55,831 nucleotides of DNA from a virus (Duplodnaviria > Caudoviricetes). Numbering within the stretch: the stretch's first letter is position 1; every line of letters begins with the position of its first letter. The notes below the pieces were generated by a model. It was not told where the DNA came from. It was given only the letters and a program-made list of their open reading frames with translations, and ran no database searches. A program made the position numbers and the translations under genes. Below are positions 48,402-55,831 of the stretch, piece by piece. The stretch covers positions 1 to 55,831 of IMG/VR virus record IMGVR_UViG_3300030419_007944; one strand, written 5' to 3'.

Positions 48402-48725
48402 TTAGTATACTATTGCGTGACCTTCAGATAGCAATAGCTGGTTGATGTTTTCTTTATCTAAAAATATTTCTGCTAGCAAGCGACCGTATTTTCCTTTTCT
48501 ATCTTTATGAGTCTTAACTACGATATTTTTATTAAGAATTTTTTTTCTTAAAAAATCTCTTGAAGCTAAACCCTGAGTTCGAGAGGTGCCTCTAACTTCT
48601 GGAGCATTAATTCCTAACAACCTAAGTCGTTGTTTTCTAAGAAGTACTCCAAAGCCTAAGTCTATGTCGACAGTCACCGTGTCGCCGTCGTAAACTTTAG
48701 TTACATAAGCACTGTATGTGTACAT
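48402..48725 (-). CDS. Thermonuclease (staphylococcal nuclease-like)
   Basis: VYDGDTV, RLLGINAPE and GKYGRLLA motifs. Confidence 0.9.
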   Translation of the reverse strand: MYTYSAYVTKVYDGDTVTVDIDLGFGVLLRKQRLRLLGINAPEVRGTSRTQGLASRDFLRKKILNKNIVVKTHKDRKGKYGRLLAEIFLDKENINQLLLSEGHAIVY

Positions 48726-48955
48726 TATAGCTTAACTAAGTTTTTTCGACACCAGTGAAGAGTCTTGGTCTGCAACACGCCGGTGCGAACGTTTTTTACC
48801 CGAGCTACTTCTGCTTCTTCGTCAATTTCTAGTAAAATAACTTTTTCAGTAGTACGAGATTTCTTAACATATACTTCGTCTAGCGACAGCTGGATGTTCT
48901 TATATTTATTATATTCATTCAGATAAATTTGCTTACTTTTTCTTTGCATAACCAC
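48725..48955 (-). CDS. Hypothetical protein (76 aa)
   Basis: ORF coupled to the nuclease gene. Confidence 0.6.
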   Translation of the reverse strand: MVMQRKSKQIYLNEYNKYKNIQLSLDEVYVKKSRTTEKVILLEIDEEAEVARVKNVRTGVLQTKTLHWCRKNLVKL

Positions 48956-48967
48956 TCTCTCAATAAC

Positions 48968-49047
48968 TGGTGGGACAAGTGGGGCTCGAACCCACGTGTG
49001 ACCAACTACTCTTTCTACGCTTTATAAGAGCGAGGAGATACTGTCCC
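48968..49047 (-). tRNA. Atypical tRNA-Ile-like gene (anticodon UAU) lacking a canonical D-arm
   Basis: GGGACAG TATCTCCT CGCT CTTATAA AGCG TAGAAAGAGTAGTTGGTCACAC GTGGG TTCGAGC CCCAC TTGTCCC ACCA: 7-bp acceptor stem, T-arm, CCA and a 7-nt anticodon loop are present. Confidence 0.75.
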
Positions 49048-49079
49048 ATGGTTATACCGTAGGAACATGTATCATGTTG

Positions 49080-49253
49080 TCAATCTAATAAAAGCTTAAG
49101 TTGCTTCTCTTCTTTTCTCTCATCTAGCTCCATTTCTTCGCGAAGCTCTTCATGCTGAAGGCTGGCTAAATGAGGATATTTCGCGAATAATTCAGGGAGA
49201 CTTAACTTTTCTCTTATTTGAATTTTTCTTATCTCTTGAGCTATTTTTCCCAT
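49080..49253 (-). CDS. Hypothetical protein
   Basis: Likely start ATG 49253 after a GGAGG RBS (MGKIAQEIRK...). Confidence 0.55.
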   Translation of the reverse strand: MGKIAQEIRKIQIREKLSLPELFAKYPHLASLQHEELREEMELDERKEEKQLKLLLD

Positions 49254-49536
49254 TTTCTTCCTCCGCAGCCTTGAGATCTCTCTTGATCTTGTCATACCTA
49301 GCGACTCTTAGTTTAAAATTTTCAAAAAATTTGTAACACTCTGGTCCGGGGTCTTGACCTTGCTGTCTATAATGTTTGGCGCACATTTCTGCATTAACTG
49401 CGTTAGTCACTGCTTCAGATCCGTCTTCGAATCCTAATATATATGCCCTATCGGAAGAAACAGACTGACTATTTGTTGGCGTCGATGCTGGGATCGTAGC
49501 CATAGCTAATACTAAAATATATTTGGATATTGTCAT
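49192..49536 (-). CDS. Hypothetical protein with a signal peptide-like N-terminus
   Basis: MTISKYILVLAMATIPAS hydrophobic N-terminus. Confidence 0.55.
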   Translation of the reverse strand: MTISKYILVLAMATIPASTPTNSQSVSSDRAYILGFEDGSEAVTNAVNAEMCAKHYRQQGQDPGPECYKFFENFKLRVARYDKIKRDLKAAEEENGKNSSRDKKNSNKRKVKSP

Positions 49537-49715
49537 TTTTTACCTCTAATCAAGTTTGGTAATTGTCTTTCGAACTTATCTAGATCATCCTCTACAGCTT
49601 TTTTAAAGTTTGCTAAATCTCTCTGAATCAAAAATACCTCATCAGATAATTTATTGATTTCATTTTGAATATTCTCAATCTTAATATGCTCTGAATCTTC
49701 TTCTTTTACACTCAT
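49533..49715 (-). CDS. Small coiled-coil hypothetical protein
   Basis: Heptad pattern; ATGA overlap with the next gene. Confidence 0.55.
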   Translation of the reverse strand: MSVKEEDSEHIKIENIQNEINKLSDEVFLIQRDLANFKKAVEDDLDKFERQLPNLIRGKK

Positions 49716-49789
49716 AAAATTAGTTCCTATAATATGCTCATACCAAACAAGCTCTCTTATATAATAAACTCTTTTATATATAAGTTAAG

Positions 49790-52165
49790 TTATTTAATTA
49801 ATATTTTTATTTTTGATCTTTGAAAACTCTCATTTAGACCCGGGCTTCTTCTCAGCGCTGGATTATCCGGACTCATGCCCCAATACTCAGGCTTAAGTAC
49901 GTACTGTCCATCAACTTTAATAGCTCTGTCACCATGAATTATTATATTTTTAAATTTTTCTGGATATTCATCAGCGCTGCTCAAGCCAAGATCATGGCGA
50001 GGAACAAGCACGTCTTCTCTTGTCGTACGTAAATATCGGTCCACATGTTCAGCTTTTGGCGGTTGCCGGGCCTTATCGGCAGCTAGTTGTTGTCTTACTA
50101 TAGGATGATCCCATAAATGAGCCTGTTTGGGATCTTTAATATATTCTAAAAATAATGGATCTTTCATGAGCCAATTTAACGCGCGGTCTGCTCCGGAGCC
50201 TCCGGTTTGTGTAGGTGGTAATATACCAAAGAATTCGCCCGTGGCCCGTCCAGCAATTCGAGATGCTAGTTTTGGGTTTTCGCTAGCAATAATATCCCAG
50301 ATCCCCAAGAAAAAATCCCAAAAGTCCCCGACGACCGGGATTACTCCGATGCCATATTCAACGGTTATCAGTGCGTATTCTTTTAGTGCCTCTGCGTCAA
50401 ACGGGTCTTTGCCTTCATTTCTCCGTCGCCCTTGTGCTTTAGCTAATTGCGCCCAGAGCAGGAGCGCCGCCGCCAGGCCGCTGATGGCAACCATTTTGCG
50501 CACCGACCTTAATGAATCCGCTAGAGTAGTTTGCTTGAAGTCAGGATCCAGCGGTGAAGCTTTCGTCTTTTTTCGCTTGTCTGGCGCATCATCATCGTCT
50601 AAAGGCTTGTCAGGATTCCGCGGATGTTTATCTCGACGATCAACTACTTCTTCATAGCCTTCTAGGTGGAATTTTATTTTCTCCTCAATTTGTAACAAAT
50701 CGTCTACTGTATAAAATTGCCTGTCTCTCGGAAGAGGATCATCAAGTTCAGCTCTGCCCGGGTTCCACGTTTCCCCGTGACGACCCGGCCGATCATCCCA
50801 AATTTCCAGCTCTCCTTGTGAGAGCAAAGCAATCTCGCCATCGTTGAGTGGTCGCGTCCTTCCGGGATTCGATTGATCGGGAACTCTGATATCTCTAAAT
50901 GTCTTTTCTCTACCTTGTGTTTCCTGTACCTCTCGAAGTTTATTTTCATGATCTTGTCGGAGTTCCTCTAGTTCCTCTGCCTCTTCGACGTCTCCTCGAC
51001 GTTTCATTAGATCTACTACATCGCCAATTGAATTTCCTCTTTTCCCTTCTCCTATTTTTAATTCTACACCAGACAAGCCAAACCGTCCCGGAGCAGGCTT
51101 TTCTTGAAAAAACACGGACATGGGATTTTCGGTTGGTCCGAATGGGCCGCGAAGATTTTTAAGCTTATATGCTTGAGTTTTCCACTCCTCCTTAGACTGA
51201 AATCCCAGTCGAAGCCACTTAGGGCGCGTGTCAAGTTTAGCCTTGGCCTTCGGCCACAGACCATACTCGTGGCCTAAGCCCCCCATGAAGGCCGGCCTGT
51301 AGACCCATTTATTCTTAACCCAATTAAAGATTTTTTTACGCCAAAATTTTGCTCTGGTACCAGCTTTTTTTCTAAGTTCTGCTTGCTCTTTCGCGTCCTG
51401 CTCAGCCGCGGCTATGGCCAGTTCTCCCTCTATGTCCATAAGATCACCGTGCGCGCCACGCACGAGATCAAGCGCTGAATCTTTCCACGCCTTGGTGATT
51501 TCTAGCTGCTTGCGAATATGTACTAGCAATTGCTTTCTCTGCTCCGGAGTCATCGCTCTTGAAGTATCCGTCCGGACCAAGCTGTCAACTTTTTTAGCAT
51601 CTACCATGCCAGAAGAAAGTTGTCTCGGTTGTCTCCTGCGTCGTCCTTGCCGCTTCTGTTTAGGTCCTGAATCAACAGGGTCCGCTTCGGGATCCCTGAG
51701 CATATCAGAAGAATATTCTTCTATAGAAAGTAGTGTGCCAGAATTTTGATCTATCTTGAACTCAATTGCTCTTTGTGTTACCTTGTCTAAGAGCACAGGG
51801 TTGTTCTGAGAGAGATAAAGATCAACTTCACCAGATCTGATCATTGGCGTCATTGGAGTCACATCCGGAAATTGTTGAGCAACATCTGGAGTTGGAGGAG
51901 GCATGGGCCCACCTGAGATAGTTCTAGGGAGATTCCTGCCTGGCTCTGGGGAAACCCTCACCCTTCTTTGTTCTCCGCCTTGATATGTCCCCTCGCCGGC
52001 ATCTCTCTGCGCTGCTCTTGCCTCTACGCCGGCCTGATACCAATTGGCCATGGCGTGCACCACTTCAACAACCTCACCAGACGGAGAGGCGACAAAGATA
52101 CGCTCACTAGCCTCAGCAATAATAGACTTTTCAAATCTTCTCCAAGATTTTAAAATTTCTTTCAT
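49790..52165 (-). CDS. Hypothetical protein (791 aa) with the shared N-terminal leader and hydrophobic segments
   Basis: MKEILKSWRRFEKSIIAE N-terminus; VAISGLAAALLLWAQLA and GIGVIPVVGDFWDFFLGIWD segments. Confidence 0.75.
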   Translation of the reverse strand: MKEILKSWRRFEKSIIAEASERIFVASPSGEVVEVVHAMANWYQAGVEARAAQRDAGEGTYQGGEQRRVRVSPEPGRNLPRTISGGPMPPPTPDVAQQFPDVTPMTPMIRSGEVDLYLSQNNPVLLDKVTQRAIEFKIDQNSGTLLSIEEYSSDMLRDPEADPVDSGPKQKRQGRRRRQPRQLSSGMVDAKKVDSLVRTDTSRAMTPEQRKQLLVHIRKQLEITKAWKDSALDLVRGAHGDLMDIEGELAIAAAEQDAKEQAELRKKAGTRAKFWRKKIFNWVKNKWVYRPAFMGGLGHEYGLWPKAKAKLDTRPKWLRLGFQSKEEWKTQAYKLKNLRGPFGPTENPMSVFFQEKPAPGRFGLSGVELKIGEGKRGNSIGDVVDLMKRRGDVEEAEELEELRQDHENKLREVQETQGREKTFRDIRVPDQSNPGRTRPLNDGEIALLSQGELEIWDDRPGRHGETWNPGRAELDDPLPRDRQFYTVDDLLQIEEKIKFHLEGYEEVVDRRDKHPRNPDKPLDDDDAPDKRKKTKASPLDPDFKQTTLADSLRSVRKMVAISGLAAALLLWAQLAKAQGRRRNEGKDPFDAEALKEYALITVEYGIGVIPVVGDFWDFFLGIWDIIASENPKLASRIAGRATGEFFGILPPTQTGGSGADRALNWLMKDPLFLEYIKDPKQAHLWDHPIVRQQLAADKARQPPKAEHVDRYLRTTREDVLVPRHDLGLSSADEYPEKFKNIIIHGDRAIKVDGQYVLKPEYWGMSPDNPALRRSPGLNESFQRSKIKILIK

Positions 52166-52184
52166 ATTTTACAACACCCTTTAA

Positions 52185-52871
52185 TTAATTAGTCTGTTGC
52201 GCCTCTTTATCGCCCCATTCTGGAGGGACTTCTAAATCTTTATGCTTGATGCCTTTTTGCGCAGACCTTTGCTTGACACATGGAGGAAGACTCTTTGCCC
52301 GGGCATGAGTGGTCGTCCCCTCGATCCAGGTAATATCTACTCTGTCGCACAGTCCTAGTTTTTCCATTTTTTTGACAGCGCGCTTAACTATTCCAGGGCT
52401 GTAGGTAGCATCCAAATATGTCACGTGAACTTTGCTTAGCAAACCATCATCCAAGGACAGTATAAAATTGCTCATGGGCTTGCCTCCAGCACTGTGAGCG
52501 ATCAAACTTATTTTTCCAAACTGTACAGCGCCTCCGAGCGTATCGGATACATATCTTAAAAAATCACTAGGTAGATAATTGCCTTTTTTCTGAGGATCTG
52601 CCCCTAAATTGGGAACTACCAAGACAGTATTTGGCTCTTTTGGAACCCTGGAAGTTAGTTTGTCCAGCCTAGCGCTGTGATCGAAAACTTTCACTCTATA
52701 TTTGCCATGAAAATACAATATTATATTAATTGGACTTTCTACATCTAGATCGCCAGGGATGCTTAATGCAAAGGGCCTTTCTTTTCCCTGCTCGCCAAAG
52801 GCTGCAGATAGGGAGGATCTACTGTCTTTTTGTTCCTGAAAAGTTCGCCAATTTTCAAATAGTTTTCGCAC
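52185..52871 (-). CDS. Alpha/beta-hydrolase fold protein with the shared N-terminal leader
   Basis: ILYFHG, LIAHSAGG nucleophile elbow, YLDAT and a C-terminal His; N-terminus MRKLFENWRTFQE. Confidence 0.75.
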   Translation of the reverse strand: MRKLFENWRTFQEQKDSRSSLSAAFGEQGKERPFALSIPGDLDVESPINIILYFHGKYRVKVFDHSARLDKLTSRVPKEPNTVLVVPNLGADPQKKGNYLPSDFLRYVSDTLGGAVQFGKISLIAHSAGGKPMSNFILSLDDGLLSKVHVTYLDATYSPGIVKRAVKKMEKLGLCDRVDITWIEGTTTHARAKSLPPCVKQRSAQKGIKHKDLEVPPEWGDKEAQQTN

Positions 52872-52874
52872 CTC

Positions 52875-52985
52875 TCAGCCGCCTCCATAGGTCTTCCACA
52901 GTTCAACAACCTCTTCGTACTCTTTTATACATTTGCACTCCTTAAGCGCCTCATCGAGTGGTTTGTGTTTTTTTTGTTGTCTCAT
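52875..52985 (-). CDS. Small hypothetical protein (36 aa)
   Basis: MRQQKKHKPLDEALKECKCIKEYEEVVELWKTYGGG fills the gap, with an ATGA overlap to the upstream stop. Confidence 0.45.
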   Translation of the reverse strand: MRQQKKHKPLDEALKECKCIKEYEEVVELWKTYGGG

Positions 52986-53476
52986 AACAGTTCTTTGGTT
53001 AATAATATATAGTTTTCCTCCACCATATCGTCGCCATCTATAACCTGTACTTCATAGCCCATTTCTTGCAAGACTTTATATTCAGAAGAAGATGTCCATC
53101 TTTCGCGAATCATCTCCATGAGCTTTTGAGTATAAGCGCCTATTAATTGAGCTTTTATTTGTAATCCTCCAGATTCGTTAAGAACCGGTGATTTATAAAT
53201 TTTTCTTACTTGAATTTCCAAAACTTTTTCTATACTTTCTTGTATCTTCTGGCTATCTGGTCCTTTTTTTTCTCCTGACTTAACCTCGTAAGTTAGACAT
53301 TCACAGATAGTCTTCCCTTCTTTTGTTTTCGCAAAATCTAGTTTAATTTCCTTGGCTACACATTGCTTGTTTTTATTCCAAACACAATCAGTGCATAGAC
53401 AGTCACACGCAACTTTAGGCTGATCATTGTCTTCTTCTCGCAAATATTTTTGCCAATTTTCAAATAAATTTTTCAT
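52982..53476 (-). CDS. Cys-rich (DUF1540-like) protein with the shared N-terminal leader
   Basis: MKNLFENWQKYLREE, then CDCLCTDCVWNKNKQCVAKEI...CECLTY. Confidence 0.7.
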   Translation of the reverse strand: MKNLFENWQKYLREEDNDQPKVACDCLCTDCVWNKNKQCVAKEIKLDFAKTKEGKTICECLTYEVKSGEKKGPDSQKIQESIEKVLEIQVRKIYKSPVLNESGGLQIKAQLIGAYTQKLMEMIRERWTSSSEYKVLQEMGYEVQVIDGDDMVEENYILLTKELL

Positions 53477-53640
53477 TTTTGTTTGACCAGTCTTGTCAAT
53501 CTTTTGACTTGCTTTTGTAGTTGGACAACTTCTTTTTCAAGATTATCAATTCTAGTTTGAGTTGTGTAATAAAATCCACTAGCAGCAACTGCAAAAGTGA
53601 TAATTGTTATTAGTGATTTTAAATCTAGATTAAATTTCAT
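53473..53640 (-). CDS. Small membrane-anchored coiled-coil protein (55 aa)
   Basis: MKFNLDLKSLITIITFAVAASGFYYTTQTRIDNLEKEVVQLQKQVKRLTRLVKQK; below the ORF-track cutoff; ATGA overlap. Confidence 0.6.
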   Translation of the reverse strand: MKFNLDLKSLITIITFAVAASGFYYTTQTRIDNLEKEVVQLQKQVKRLTRLVKQK

Positions 53641-53642
53641 AT

Positions 53643-53831
53643 TTAAAAAAAGTGTCGGCCATTATAGGTTCGACACGGCCCAAAATGTCCTGAAGCTTTT
53701 ATACAGAAAAAGACTGAATCTCCTCTCTTTGTTTTTCCCTGACACGCTGTTGAGCGAATTACTTCTGGAAAACCAAAAAGTCTTTTAAGCAAATTACGTA
53801 TGTTTGTCAAAATTTTCATACACCAGCCCAC
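53643..53831 (-). CDS. Small Cys/His-containing hypothetical protein
   Basis: Fills the gap in the minus-strand operon; C...C...HxxxC pattern. Confidence 0.45.
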   Translation of the reverse strand: MGWCMKILTNIRNLLKRLFGFPEVIRSTACQGKTKRGDSVFFCIKASGHFGPCRTYNGRHFF

Positions 53832-54358
53832 TCTTTAAGATCGCTCAACAGAGCGGCTGATCTTTCTTTAGAGGCAACATTGAAGCGAGGCGCCTTATTA
53901 GCATATTTTCCATGCCACCAAACATAATCTCCAGCTTCTACCACCATCTCTTCAAAATCGTCCACTATAGTTCGAATTTCATCCTCGTCGATCAAAGCTT
54001 TCTCTCCTGCAGCATATATCCCGGATCCGATCGATGTTGTCCACCAGTCCAAACTATTTGCGAGTTTTTGAGGGTCAGCAGCTGGGTCTTCTATTATAGC
54101 TATATAACTGTGCACATCTTGTACTACCTCTTTTAGATCCCCAACGATTGGTGATCCTGTCATTTCAGCTAAATGCAAACCATGAACACCGTTGTCCAGA
54201 AAAGCATTAAAAATCTTTTGTTCGTCAGATGTTTCCTGTTCTTGCGGTTCAAGCTCACCTTTATCGATAATAGCTAATTCTTTCTCGTCGTCGATCCCGT
54301 CGTTGTCTGTGTCAACTTCGATTAAATATTTTCTCCAGTTTTCGAATAGTTTTTGCAT
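53816..54358 (-). CDS. Acidic hypothetical protein with the shared N-terminal leader and a DxDxDG Ca-binding-like motif
   Basis: Start at ATG 54358: MQKLFENWRKYLIEVDTDNDGIDDEKE. Confidence 0.7.
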   Translation of the reverse strand: MQKLFENWRKYLIEVDTDNDGIDDEKELAIIDKGELEPQEQETSDEQKIFNAFLDNGVHGLHLAEMTGSPIVGDLKEVVQDVHSYIAIIEDPAADPQKLANSLDWWTTSIGSGIYAAGEKALIDEDEIRTIVDDFEEMVVEAGDYVWWHGKYANKAPRFNVASKERSAALLSDLKEWAGV

Positions 54359-54372
54359 ATTATTAAATAGTT

Positions 54373-55665
54373 TTAAGAATTTGAAAAAGGGCTTGAGTCC
54401 CAAGTTGGATAAGCTGTTGTACCTCCGGAAATGGCGCCAAAAGTTGCGTGATTGCCATTTCCTGAGTAATCAGTGATGGTGGTTCCACTACCTTCATTAA
54501 ATTTCCAATACCCCACAAGGCCACTTTGTTTTCTAAGGTCAAACTTTCTTCGTGTTCGTGGTATCTGTGGACCGTTACTATCATACACAGTTGCAACCCA
54601 GTCAGCATCTTTTGCGGTATTGAAAATAGCTACTTCACTAAGAGCGCAAGCCCAGCCATTGTTCCAGTTATCTTCATTATTCCTTGCCCCAAAATACATA
54701 CCACCAGTTGAGCCACCTGTAGCGCTCCAATTGATAGTGTCTGTGCTCCGGAGCACGCCGTTTACATATATTTTACGATCCGCACCAGAAGATGTATCTG
54801 AGCGATCGTCATATGTTACTACAAAATGATACCAAGTACCGTCTGTTTTTAGATTCCAGTGGGCGCCCTCGCGAGTCAACAATGACTCTTCTAATGGGAC
54901 GTCCAACTCTGTTCCGGAGCCATCTCCATCCCTCCATTCTTTTATTCCTTGGCTTTTACCAATACCGAAGTATGATTGACGTTTTCTAAGTATACCAAAC
55001 ACAAATCGTTGATTATTATTATGTCTTCTACCAAAGGCATACATACTATTTCCTACTTCAGCAGGTCTAACCCAATAAGAAACGGTAAATCCTAAATTGA
55101 GATCATAATCATCAGGATTAAAGTTAGTTGTTGCATAACTTTGCGATGCGCCGCTGGTGTTTCCACTAAACGTTAAGACATCATTTGGAGTTCTTCCCCT
55201 TGCGCGCGGACTGTGGCGTCGTTTTGCTATCAGGTTATCATTCTTGAATTCCGCCATAGCATGTTCGAAATCTAGATCAGCCAATTTTTGATTGAGAGGG
55301 TTGGATATCCAGGCATTCCAATCAAGTACCTGAAGTGAGGGTTCACGATTTTGAATTATAATTCTTATTTCTTCAAGCTTTTTCTTTTCTCGTTTTTGAC
55401 GATCTAGTTGAGCTAATAAAGTATCAAGCTGTTCATTCCATTTGTCTTCAGCTAATTTTTCTTTTGCTTGGATATTCTTCTGGCGAAGACGTTCAGCTTC
55501 CTGCTGTTCTAGAAGAAGCTTCTTGCGTGTTGCAATCTCTTCTTGTCTGCGGGCTTCTTCTTCTAATATAGCAATTCGCTCAGCTTCTTTCTTAGCTTCT
55601 AGTTCAGCCTCGCGCCGGCGCTTTGCTTCTAACTGTCTTTGTCGCCGCTTAATGTACTCTAGCAT
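54373..55665 (-). CDS. Coiled-coil plus LamG/concanavalin-like lectin domain protein (putative virion decoration/adhesin)
   Basis: Charged helical N-terminus; FTVSYWVRP, WYHFVVTYD, KIYVNG, LSEVAIFN and LVGYWKFNEGSGTTITDYSGNGNHAT. Confidence 0.85.
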   Translation of the reverse strand: MLEYIKRRQRQLEAKRRREAELEAKKEAERIAILEEEARRQEEIATRKKLLLEQQEAERLRQKNIQAKEKLAEDKWNEQLDTLLAQLDRQKREKKKLEEIRIIIQNREPSLQVLDWNAWISNPLNQKLADLDFEHAMAEFKNDNLIAKRRHSPRARGRTPNDVLTFSGNTSGASQSYATTNFNPDDYDLNLGFTVSYWVRPAEVGNSMYAFGRRHNNNQRFVFGILRKRQSYFGIGKSQGIKEWRDGDGSGTELDVPLEESLLTREGAHWNLKTDGTWYHFVVTYDDRSDTSSGADRKIYVNGVLRSTDTINWSATGGSTGGMYFGARNNEDNWNNGWACALSEVAIFNTAKDADWVATVYDSNGPQIPRTRRKFDLRKQSGLVGYWKFNEGSGTTITDYSGNGNHATFGAISGGTTAYPTWDSSPFSNS

Positions 55666-55686
55666 CTATATCCCTTGTTTGATAAA

Positions 55687-55831
55687 TGGTGGAGGTGCCG
55701 GGAATCGAACCCGGGTCCTAAATATATCCATTATAACGTCATTCACAAGGTTGTTCAGTTATAAGAACTCTGACAAACACCCACCGAGCGCACCACCAAG
55801 TTTGTCCTATGGGCCTAACTTGGAAAAACCA
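55687..55831 (-). ncRNA. ssrA: tmRNA, 3' portion (5' part lies beyond the window)
   Basis: The minus strand ends GGACCCGGGTTCGATTCCCGGCACCTCCACCA (T-arm plus Ala-type acceptor 3' strand CTCCACCA). The upstream sequence does not form a tRNA anticodon or D-arm, and includes CTTGTGAATGA and a stem, as in tmRNA. Confidence 0.8.

Noticed and set aside
480-54989. Numerous short plus-strand and nested minus-strand ORFs in the ORF track
   Set aside because: They lie antisense to or inside long, motif-bearing genes and have no recognisable motifs, so they are treated as shadow ORFs. Only 46905-47759 is accepted on the plus strand.
55687-55720. A third ordinary tRNA
   Set aside because: The T-arm and CCA are present, but no anticodon arm, D-arm or 5' acceptor strand occurs at tRNA distance. 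The sequence fits a tmRNA 3' end.
55796-55823. Hairpin CCAAGTT/AACTTGG as a terminator
   Set aside because: It lies within the inferred tmRNA and is better explained as one of its internal helices.
1-55831. Stop-codon reassignment (alternative genetic code)
   Set aside because: Genes are full length and tightly packed under the standard code, and TAA, TGA and TAG are all used as terminators.

Overview
The window is a segment of a large, AT-rich, T4-like (myovirus, probably jumbo) bacteriophage genome. Genes are tightly packed and almost all lie on the minus strand. From the left end it contains five blocks. (1) A virion/baseplate module (1-21.3 kb): a LamG-containing structural protein running off the window, a gp6/baseplate-J-like wedge protein, a gp25-like protein, a 3362-aa giant protein, a gp5-like hub/spike protein and a 1315-aa protein with apparently degenerate enzyme domains. 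(2) A gp55-like late sigma factor and small genes. (3) A ~19.5-kb nucleotide-sugar/glycosyltransferase cluster (23.1-42.7 kb). It combines split HldA/HldC heptose-type enzymes, a His-type PLP sugar 3-dehydratase, RmlC, a ThDP enzyme, PanB, two radical SAM enzymes and about six glycosyltransferases. (4) A Cas4-like nuclease, PIN-PhoH, lipoproteins, a SpoU methyltransferase, a thermonuclease, tRNA-Lys(UUU) and a structurally unusual tRNA-Ile(UAU)-like gene lacking a normal D-arm. (5) Several proteins that share an N-terminal MKxLFENWRxY/F leader, a LamG protein and the 3' part of a tmRNA gene. The most notable candidates are the phage-encoded branched-chain sugar/glycosylation pathway, the rearranged tRNA and the shared leader motif. 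All functional calls come from motif recognition by eye; no database searches were run.
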